NCBI RefSeq assembly: GCF_035285525.1
Contig: NZ_JAYKGW010000006.1
Coordinates: forward strand, 1-32,000
From: Okeania sp.
Lineage (GTDB): Bacteria > Cyanobacteriota > Cyanobacteriia > Cyanobacteriales > Microcoleaceae
Direction of reading: 5' to 3'
Length of the DNA stretch: 32,000 bases
Part shown: positions 17,998-25,915 of the stretch, piece after piece
Numbering within the stretch: position 1 is the first letter of the stretch
Layout of the letters: every line of letters begins with the position of its first letter
Position numbers and translations under genes: made by a program
Notes under the pieces: model-generated
Databases searched by the model: none
Seen by the model: the letters and a program-made list of their open reading frames with translations, nothing else
What the model was told of the DNA's origin: nothing

Positions 17998-18087
17998 GGA
18001 AATCGTAAATTAAGTTGCCAGATTTTACAATAGGGGTTGGCTCTTCAAATTTTTTGGTGTTTGGGTTTGGAGACTAAACTCCTACAG

Positions 18088-18705
18088 TTTTTTCTCAGTA
18101 ATTATCCGGACATGATATAATTTAATATTTAGTTTCTCAAGCTCCTCAAGAAGGCAGAAGGTAGAGGGTAGAAGGCAGAAGGAAAAGAAAGCTTCAAAGG
18201 GAAAAGGCTTTTTTCTCAGTAATTATCCGGACATGATATAATTTAATATTTAGTTTCTCAAGCTCCTCAAGAAGGCAGAAGGAAAAGAAAGCTTCAAAGG
18301 GAAAAGGCTTTTTTCTCAGTAATTATCCGGACATGATATAATTTAATATTTAGGGTTTCTTAAAATCATCAGGAAGGTAGAGGGTAGAAGGCAGAAGGAA
18401 AAGAAAGCTTCAAAGGGAAAAGGCTTTTTTCTCAGTAATTATCCGGACATGATATAATTTAATATTTAGGGTTTCTTAAAATCCTCAAGAAGCCAGAAGG
18501 CAGAAGGAAAAGAAAGCTTCAAAGGGAAAAGGTTTTTTTCTCAGTAATTATCCGGACATGATATAATTCAATATTTAGGGTTTCTTAAAATCCTCAATAA
18601 GCCAGAAGGCAGCTATGCTGAAGGCAGAAGGAAAAAAAGCTTTAAAGGGAAAAGACTTTTTTCTCAGTAATTATCCGGACATGATATAATTCAATATTGA
18701 GGGCT
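18088..18705 (+). repeat. Tandem array: five full units of 100-123 bp plus a truncated sixth
   Basis: The motif ctcagtaattatccggacatgatataat begins at 18094, 18215, 18315, 18431, 18540 and 18663. Unit lengths differ through gain or loss of (a/g)aggcagaagg / gtagaggg sub-repeats. Each unit ends in aaagcttcaaagggaaaaggctttttt. Confidence 0.9.
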
Positions 18706-19010
18706 TGCTGATTAAATCTACAGCAAATTTCGGACCAGTGATTTACAGGGTAAATTGTGGAAATATTGTATTGCCAGCATCTTGCCCCCTTATGTGTACC
18801 TCACGAGCAACGGAAAGCGCTGTAAAACTATTAATAGACAAAGCTTAAAGGCTTTTTACGGTAACAAAAAGTGTCAAAAAACTACTAAATTAACCTGGAA
18901 AATAGTTTCTTAAAATCCTGAAGTATAACCATCTTTTTGTTTTTGATTTCCTGTTCCTTTAAACCTAGAATTTTGTACCTCATCAATATGAGAATTACCG
19001 AAGAATTCAA

Positions 19011-19057
19011 TGATTAAATGATTAAATGATTAAATGATTAAATGATTAAATGATTAG
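19011..19057. repeat. 8-bp microsatellite (TGATTAAA) x 5.75
   Basis: tgattaaa repeated head-to-tail from 19011. Stop codons in all frames. Confidence 0.9.
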
Positions 19058-19336
19058 GGTTTTGAAGCCTCCCCTTTAAAAGGGAAAAAATCAATTTTTT
19101 CCTTTGATTCAATCCTCTTCCTTTTAGGGATAAGTAATTATAAATTATCCATTATTGAATATACTTTTGCAAATTACAAATAATTCCTTATACCAAATTA
19201 ATTGTATAAATTTATAAGCCAAATTAATTACAATTTCTACTATAAATCTCCAATCTTATCGATAAATTATCAATTATTTTTCTCTGTTCCCTCTCTCAAC
19301 TAGGAAATTAATTTGGCACGACTACTTAAATTTAGT

Positions 19337-19612
19337 TAGGGTTGGCGCTCAAAAGTCTGATGGTTAAGGTAGGAAGTATGTAGGGACGTCCTTATGCAAC
19401 TTCCTGACAAAGTTAGGATAAACGGGGAGTTGTAGAAGAAGTGGTTATTAATAAATCCCCCTTATTGTTTCTGTCATAATTATCCTAAAATCCTCACTTT
19501 TTCCGCTCCATAAATCCAAAAGCTGGTACTTTTACGGTTCCCGATAAATCAGCCCGTAAAATCCTGCAAACGTTTATCTGTCAATGCTTTTATGTTTAAT
19601 CAGCCAGCCCTA
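19337..19612. mobile_element. MITE-like element with TAGGGTTGGCGCT...AGCCAGCCCTA ends
   Basis: Imperfect terminal inverted repeat. The right portion (tacggttcccga(t/a)aaatc(a/g)gc...gtttatctgt(c/a)aa...ttaatcagccagcccta) is shared with 26520-26781. Partial end copies at 18711-18730 and 20205-20225. Confidence 0.5.
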
Positions 19613-20986
19613 GTTATTTTGATGAAAAATTATTATAATATTAGTTTATTTGCCCAATTTTATAACCATAAAACTGATAGTAATCATACATGATTTGTCA
19701 TAGAAAAATGCATATATTTGTTCTATTAACCCAAACATTAATGGGATTTATCAATGCAACTTCTACAAGAAAATTTGAGATTGCTATATGAGAATAAAAA
19801 TTTAGAAAAGAAATAGTTCCTTTGTATAAAACCTAAAATAAAATTGTTTCGAGTTTGATTATTTAAATAACAATAGTTATAAATTATAATAAAGCTTCGA
19901 CTTAGTTGACAAGCTGCATTATAACGCAATATAATATAGTGGTTATCTCAACCAAGAATATAATGAAATTTGTCAAACCTAAAACATTGACTTAATCAAA
20001 TAATAACGTATAATGTTTGGATAAGCATACTATGAAACAGGGTGTACTCAGCCGGACAAAAAATATATTTGACAACTTATTTAGCCAAAAACTATGGTAC
20101 GATTGTCATTATAATTTAGGAAACTGCTGTATTTCCGAAAAAATCTTAACTCTAGGGAATTTGGGATATGGCCTTTCTAAGTTCATCGCTAAATTAATTA
20201 CAGCTTGCTGATTAAATCTAAAAGTATTACCAAATAAAGGTTTTAGCCTTTTTAAGTTCTCAAAAAGTGCAAGTTTTTCGGTAGCTCTGGTACGGTTCCC
20301 GAACAATCAAAAAGGAGCGCATTTTGGGCGCATAGTTGGGCAAAAAAAAATACACTCCCTATCCTTTCTATCTCCCCATCCCCCGATCTCCCCGTTTCCC
20401 CATCTCCTTAAAAAGATTTTCTCAGTCAACCTTAATTACATTTTGACCAAAAAATAAGGTCTCAAGCTTCCCTTTTCCAAGGGAGGAAAAATATTCGATT
20501 CAGCATTTCCAGTCTGTGGGTTCGGTTAGAGGTACTGTTAACTAATAACCAGAAATGATTCCTAGTTTACTGTGCCGTCTCTTAACTAAATAATCGGAAA
20601 CAATTTTAATCACGCTATAATCATGGCGGAATAACAGTTTTAAGGACAATCAGCGATACCCAATAAATGGGTAAAGTTGAGTGCATTTTTATCTACTTTT
20701 TTGCGTTTTTGACAAATCATTGCATACTACGATAAATACAGAGTATCAGGGTGTTTGCTATTAGGGTGTTTCGTAAAAATAAGTATTTCGTTTTTGAGGT
20801 AGTTTATTAAGAATTATCAAATATGGGTGCTGTTAAAAAATAATCTGTAGTAAACTGACGCACCTCAAAATCTAGGTTGGGCTTCGATTCCTTAACCCAA
20901 CTAAACCTTACTGATGTTGGGTTTAGTTTCATGGTTTGCTTTGCTGCGCAATGAAGTTCACAAACAACCCAACCTAGATATATTTA

Positions 20987-21249
20987 TCCATTTTAGATGT
21001 GTCAGTCCAGCAAGTTTCTAGGGTGCATTTTTGCGCTTCGCAAAGCTTTCCTATGGAATGCTGCGCAAACGTTTTTCATGTCGCGTTTCATATCAGCGAC
21101 AGTCGAAAAGCGAAACCGCGAAGAGCCGACATGAAAAGACAACTTAAATTAAGACTAAGAAAGGAATTTAGCAATCCGTCGTCACGCACCGCTTTAGATG
21201 TGTTAGTCCACTACGTCATATTGCTCCATTTTTAGATGTGTTAGTCCAG
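20987..21249 (+). repeat. Direct repeats TCCATTTT(T)AGATGTGT(C/T)AGTCCAG flanking a relatively GC-rich insert, just upstream of T2
   Basis: DR1 at 20987-21010 and DR3 at 21225-21249 (24/25 nt, one mismatch plus one extra T). A partial DR2, ttagatgtgttagtcca, is at 21194-21210. Confidence 0.65.
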
Positions 21250-21340
21250 TAACTTGAATTTTTGCTGCACTTTACTTCATCTTTGGTCTTTTACTGATAG
21301 TATTTTTTATTTCCTAGAAATTTTTTTACCTTTAATCAAC

Positions 21341-23302
21341 ATGAACTATAATCAACTAATCAATCCTTACGTTATGAACTATAACCAACTAATCAATCCT
21401 TACATTTTTGGTAAGCCAATTTATGAAAAAGAAAAGTTATTTGGTAGAGAAAATACGATTCAAGAAATTCAAAATAATCTTGAAAATAATGTCAAAATAA
21501 CTTTATTGCACGTCCAAAGACGTATTGGTAAAACTTCATTAATAACTTGTTTACCTCAGTTTTTCACTGAAGAAGAAAATAACTATAAATTTGTTACTTT
21601 TTCATTTCAGGGTCATAAAGATAAACCAATTCCGGAAATTCTCAATTATCTGGCTGATGATATTGCTGCTACTATTGATGGACTTCCGAAACAAGTCAGG
21701 GAAGAAGCTAATAGTTCATACAACTTTTTTCAGATTTTTTTACCCAGGATTATTAATGAATATTTATCAGGTAAAACTCTGGTTCTTCTCCTAGATGAAT
21801 TTGATGTTTTAGAAGAAGATAGAACCATATCCGATCGGGGAAAAAAGTTATTTGAAGAGTTAGAAAAACTTGTTAAGCAAGAAGAAAAACTATTTGCTAT
21901 TCTGGTTTTTGGTAGACCTTTAAATGATGTTATTTATCTAGAAGAATTTTTACAAAAAAAAGAGCAAAAGACTGTAGAAGTTGGTTTATTGGATAAGGAG
22001 AGTACAGAAAATTTGATTGTGCAGCCAGCTTTGGGAATGCTAAGATATCAACCAGATGCAATTGATGCGATTTGGCAATTATCCGCAGGTCATCCTTCTA
22101 TAACACAATTATTATGCTTTAATATTTTCAAATATTGTCGAGAAAAAAAAATAAGAAAGGTAACAGATACTCATGTTTCCTTAATTGTAAATCAAGCGAT
22201 CGCAGAGGGCGAAGCATTATTAAATAGTTTTCTAGAACCTTTAGAAGATGATGAAAAACTATTTTTTCGGGCAGTAGCAGAAATTCAAGAAAGTTCTGGA
22301 AAAAATCAACTGCAAACTATAATACGAAGTTGGCAGTCTATAGGAAAACGTTTGGTTGAAGAATATGGCTTTTTAGCAGAAAAAGAAGATCAAACAGGTT
22401 ATCAAATTAAAGTTGAATTTGTTCAGCTCTGGTTGATAAAGTTCCATCCTTTATCTCAAGAAGAAAAGTTGCAAATGCAGAAATTTCCGGAGATAAATAA
22501 TAACAATTATGAGCCTAAATCAGCAGTAAATAATCATGCTCAAAAACCTAATCAAATTTATGTTTTCTTTTCTTTGTTGTTAGTAGTTGGAATTTTTTCT
22601 GTTGTTATTATCCAATCATTATCTGGTTTCAAAAGACCGGCTATTTGCAATGATTTACTGAAGCAAATAAATAGCAAAATATCATCAGGAACTTTAGCAG
22701 AAAGATTGGCAGTTATCAATAAATTTAGAGAGAAGAAAAATTTGGATAAAAAATGTTCTAATTCTGATGAAATTTATGGAAATTTTTATGAGTTACTTTT
22801 TATGTATGGGCAGGAAGAAATTGAGAATAAAAAATTTGAGGTAGGGATAAAAAATTTATGTTCTATTAGTGATGAATATAGCGAAAAAACTCAAGAATAT
22901 ATCAATACGTTAATTGGCTCGGGTAGTAGTTTGTCTAGAGAAGAAAAAAGAAAGTTTATTGATCAAATTATTCAACAAAATCAAGCAGAAAATAAATGCT
23001 CTGCTTATTCATTTGATAACGAAGCAAATAAAAATAATTTGTTTCAGCAACTACAACAAATAGATAAGTTTTATAATGAACAAGGCAAACAGCAAAGTAG
23101 TAACTATAATTATTCAGAAGCTGTCACATCATACTGTAAAATATCAAAGTATTATTCTCAAATTCCTCAGATTAAACAACAATTAAGAGATTTGTATAAT
23201 GATGAATTTGGGGGACTTATATTGCGTAAAGAAAAAGAGGAAATGATTAATACACTCAAGAAAATAGGTGAAAATAATTGTCCAGCATTTCCAGATGTTT
23301 AA
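21341..23302 (+). CDS. T2: membrane-anchored STAND/ATPase_2-like P-loop NTPase with a C-terminal six-Cys extracytoplasmic domain, intact copy
   Basis: The track ORF starts at TTG 21254. The first ATG is at 21341 and a duplicated ATG at 21374. Motifs: NPYIFGKPI...LFGRE, Walker A-like HVQRRIGKTSL, Walker B LVLLLDEFD, LSAGHPSITQLLC, TM IYVFFSLLLVVGIFSVVII, then a domain of about 220 aa with 6 Cys. Confidence 0.8.
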   Translation: MNYNQLINPYVMNYNQLINPYIFGKPIYEKEKLFGRENTIQEIQNNLENNVKITLLHVQRRIGKTSLITCLPQFFTEEENNYKFVTFSFQGHKDKPIPEILNYLADDIAATIDGLPKQVREEANSSYNFFQIFLPRIINEYLSGKTLVLLLDEFDVLEEDRTISDRGKKLFEELEKLVKQEEKLFAILVFGRPLNDVIYLEEFLQKKEQKTVEVGLLDKESTENLIVQPALGMLRYQPDAIDAIWQLSAGHPSITQLLCFNIFKYCREKKIRKVTDTHVSLIVNQAIAEGEALLNSFLEPLEDDEKLFFRAVAEIQESSGKNQLQTIIRSWQSIGKRLVEEYGFLAEKEDQTGYQIKVEFVQLWLIKFHPLSQEEKLQMQKFPEINNNNYEPKSAVNNHAQKPNQIYVFFSLLLVVGIFSVVIIQSLSGFKRPAICNDLLKQINSKISSGTLAERLAVINKFREKKNLDKKCSNSDEIYGNFYELLFMYGQEEIENKKFEVGIKNLCSISDEYSEKTQEYINTLIGSGSSLSREEKRKFIDQIIQQNQAENKCSAYSFDNEANKNNLFQQLQQIDKFYNEQGKQQSSNYNYSEAVTSYCKISKYYSQIPQIKQQLRDLYNDEFGGLILRKEKEEMINTLKKIGENNCPAFPDV

Positions 23303-23326
23303 GAAAATCGACTTCTCCAGAAAAGA

Positions 23327-23498
23327 GGTTTGGTCTCCAAATCCATTGGTGCTTGGGTTTGGAGACCAAACCCCTACAGTTTTTTCTCACAAATGATTTC
23401 ATATTACCTTAGCTAAAGTTTCCTACTGTGGTTTACTTTATTTTAGGGGGGTTTGGAGACCAAACCCCTACAGTTTTTTCTCACAAATGATTTCATAC
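23327..23498. repeat. Two direct copies of GGTTTGGAGACCAAACCCCTACAGTTTTTTCTCACAAATGATTTCATA plus an inverted partial copy, between convergent T2 and amt
   Basis: Copies at 23355-23403 and 23448-23498. GGTTTGG-AGA-CCAAACC is itself a hairpin. tttggtctccaaa (23329-23341) is its reverse complement. A related sequence lies at 18062-18095. Confidence 0.6.
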
Positions 23499-23599
23499 TA
23501 TGAGGAGTTACACAGAAACTGGGTTTATCAACTAAATGTCCTGGTTTTAACAAAAATATCACAGTAATAAACCCGGTTTCTCGGTCGCCTTGCGTATTA

Positions 23600-25264
23600 C
23601 TACTTTAATGTGGTAACTTCATCTGTGGAATGTGGATTTTGAGAATTTACCCAAAAACCATCACTACCTTCTATTTCCTCTCTAGGTGTAACTCTGATTC
23701 CTTGTCTAGCGATCATAGTAATTTTATCCAACAAATTTCCTTTGTTGGATAATTTTCTCTTTTTCCCAATAATCATGTCAAAACTGTACAAAATTACACC
23801 AATGATTATCCAAACTATCCAACTCAAAACAAAAATGAAACCGAAAATAATTAACCATCCTAATATTTGAGAACCTAGTTGACCTAAAATATTATAACTA
23901 TCTTTATACGGTATACTATCTCTGAGACTCCAGAATACAGCTATAGTACCCCAACCTCCACAAAAAAGATGAACCGGAATAGCTCCTACTGGATCGTCAA
24001 TTTTCAGAGACCTTAAAAATATTTTACCTGCAACCACAAGAACTCCACTAACAGCTCCTATAAGAATCGCAATAGGAACATCAATATAACCAGAACAACC
24101 AGTGACTCCAACTAAACCCCCTAAAATACCATTAATCAGTGATGTAAGTTCAGGTTTTCCGCTTTCTGGGTTATTTTCAAATACTTGAGACCATAGACTG
24201 GTTACAGGAGTTGCTAATATAGCAACTATACCACCTGTGGCTGCGGACATGATAGTTGTAATGATGGTATGACCAACTTCTTCCAGCTCAGTAGTTGAAC
24301 CACCATTAAAACCCAACCAACCCAACCAAAGTATAAAACATCCAAGGGTAGCAGATGTTAAGTTGCTGGAGTCAGTAAAATAGTTTTGATTCTCAAATTT
24401 CCGAGGTAAGGGTTCCCGTGGTACACGACTATCTAAATCTTCTTGTGGATCGTACCCAAAGCGATTCCATCTGGGTTTCAGTATTATAGCGCCAACTAAA
24501 GCAGCGGTTCCTCCCACAGTATGGACAACAGTAGCTCCAGCAAAATCTACAAAATTAAATAGTTGGCTTAACCAACCATATTTTGACCATACCCAATGAC
24601 CAATAATAGGATATAGAAATGCTACTAAGATAAAACTAAACCAGAAAAATCCCCAAAACCTAATTCTTTCTGCTACAGAGCCAGAAACAATAGTAGCTGC
24701 AGTGGCAGCAAATGCTAATTGAAAGAAAAACAGAGATGTGATCGAACGTCTGGGAAACTGACTTTGCAAACAGGAAAATCCTGTCTCAGGAAAACTTAGG
24801 GGATTTTCATCTTTTTTTGGTAATAGAATAAATTGTGATTTTTCCTCCAACTCATTATATTCGGTTGTGGGAGAAAAATGCCCCCAATAAGTTACTATGG
24901 GTGGGCTATTTTCATTGACATCTTCTCCACAAGAATAGTTTGAGTTATCGCCAAACATCACACCAAAACCAAACGTCCAGAAAGCGATCGCTGCTACACA
25001 AAAAACTATTAAATTTTTTGCCAATACATTAATAGAGTTTTCTTTGCGACACAAACCATCTTCTAGGAGAGCAAAACCAGAATTCATAAAGAATACTAAA
25101 GCAGCAGCTAATACCAGCCAGATATTGTCTACGGCGGCAAAATCATTAATATTATCATTAGCTAAAGCTGTTTTGCCAGTTATTAAAACTATGATAGTTG
25201 CTAAAAATAAACAAAGATACCTACAATGTGAAAACCAATTTTTATCTGTCGATTTGCCTAACAT
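23600..25264 (-). CDS. amt: Ammonium transporter (Amt/MEP family)
   Basis: 554 aa, multi-TM, with NSGFALLEDGLCRKENSINVLAKN, FAGATVVHTVGGTAAL and GAIPVHLFCGGWG. Confidence 0.9.
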   Translation of the reverse strand: MLGKSTDKNWFSHCRYLCLFLATIIVLITGKTALANDNINDFAAVDNIWLVLAAALVFFMNSGFALLEDGLCRKENSINVLAKNLIVFCVAAIAFWTFGFGVMFGDNSNYSCGEDVNENSPPIVTYWGHFSPTTEYNELEEKSQFILLPKKDENPLSFPETGFSCLQSQFPRRSITSLFFFQLAFAATAATIVSGSVAERIRFWGFFWFSFILVAFLYPIIGHWVWSKYGWLSQLFNFVDFAGATVVHTVGGTAALVGAIILKPRWNRFGYDPQEDLDSRVPREPLPRKFENQNYFTDSSNLTSATLGCFILWLGWLGFNGGSTTELEEVGHTIITTIMSAATGGIVAILATPVTSLWSQVFENNPESGKPELTSLINGILGGLVGVTGCSGYIDVPIAILIGAVSGVLVVAGKIFLRSLKIDDPVGAIPVHLFCGGWGTIAVFWSLRDSIPYKDSYNILGQLGSQILGWLIIFGFIFVLSWIVWIIIGVILYSFDMIIGKKRKLSNKGNLLDKITMIARQGIRVTPREEIEGSDGFWVNSQNPHSTDEVTTLK

Positions 25265-25553
25265 GAAAACTCCATCATTTCAGTTATTAGTTACCGAAAA
25301 ACTAAGGTATAAAGCCTCTCCATTCGACCAATAAAATAAAAAAAGTTCCTTTTAGCTAATCCTCTTCTTTATAAGAAGAGGTAATTATTAATTAAATAAT
25401 TCAGCTTAAAAGCCTCCCTATTTAAACTATGCTTTACCCAAATATTTCTTAATATAAAACCTGGGCATTATTGACAAGTTATGGATAAGTCGTTTGAGAG
25501 GCTTTTTCAGCAGAAAAAATCTGTGGAAAAATACACAACCCTGGTTCGTAGAA

Positions 25554-25915
25554 GTAGAATGAAATCACCCTGATCCAAAAGTTAAGATTCAATAGTTTTC
25601 TCAACAATTAAAACAATCTTTTAGTAATGTTTTCTAGTAGAATGAAATGTCCCTGATGCAACAGTTGAGATTGCTTAATAGTTTTCTCAACAATTAAAAC
25701 AATCTTTTAGTAACATTTTCTAGTAGAATAGGACTTACGCAAAATAACGTAATTCCGTCAGTGCTAGCGATAGCCTTTGCGGAGCATGACCTCAGGAAAG
25801 CAATCTCAGATTCCCAATACTCGTTCCTTATGCATAAGTCCTGTAGAATAAAATGTCCCTGATGCAAGAGTTGAGATTATTTAATAGTTTTCTCAACAGT
25901 TAAAAAACGTTTTTA
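25554..25915. repeat. 83-86 bp tandem repeat x 3 upstream of amt; the third unit is interrupted by a MITE
   Basis: Units start at 25554, 25637 and 25723 (gtagaatgaaat...aatagttttctcaacaattaaaacaatcttttagtaa). Unit 3 resumes at 25843. Confidence 0.75.
25731..25842. mobile_element. GGACTTACGC-type MITE with an 8-bp target-site duplication
   Basis: ggacttacgcaaaa...ttatgcataagtcct is flanked by gtagaata at 25723-25730 and 25843-25850. Uninterrupted sister units show the empty site. Confidence 0.75.

Noticed and set aside
18105-18135. Heterocyst-specific DIF+ promoter (TCCGGA at -35), as in NsiR1
   Set aside because: TCCGGA is present in every array unit but lies only 5 nt upstream of TATAAT, and 12-15 nt from the next possible -10. 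That is the wrong spacing for a -35 element. The NsiR1 analogy is kept only as an architectural precedent.
18088-18705. CRISPR array
   Set aside because: The units are fully repetitive with no unique spacers between constant repeats. Length variation comes from internal sub-repeats. No cas genes are present.
20032-20211. 59-aa Cys-containing small ORF behind promoter-like box 2, as a possible peptide or RiPP precursor
   Set aside because: It has no SD and no leader or cleavage motif, and its 3' end runs into a MITE terminus (gcttgctgattaaatc). It is mentioned only as context for the promoter-like boxes.
20871-20980. tRNA or tRNA remnant (cttcgattcc resembles a T-loop)
   Set aside because: The flanking bases do not form a T-stem, and no acceptor or anticodon arms can be drawn. 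The segment is bounded by the inverted repeat tctaggttggg/cccaacctaga, so it is more likely a small repeat element.
20999-21235. 78-aa ORF upstream of T2
   Set aside because: It spans the repeat-flanked insert and begins inside direct repeat 1. It has no SD, and its sequence belongs to a dispersed repeat family.
25361-25381. Perfect palindrome cctcttctttataagaagagg as an amt operator
   Set aside because: Its flanks (aatcctcttc, aagcctccc) recur at 19060-19140, so it is probably part of a dispersed repeat rather than a dedicated operator.
25522-25537. NtcA-binding site upstream of amt (tGTGgaaaaataCACa, which fits GT-N10-AC)
   Set aside because: It deviates from GTA-N8-TAC. No -10 box lies about 22 nt downstream toward amt. 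It sits about 260 nt from the ATG, next to repeat DNA. The call is not supportable without TSS data.
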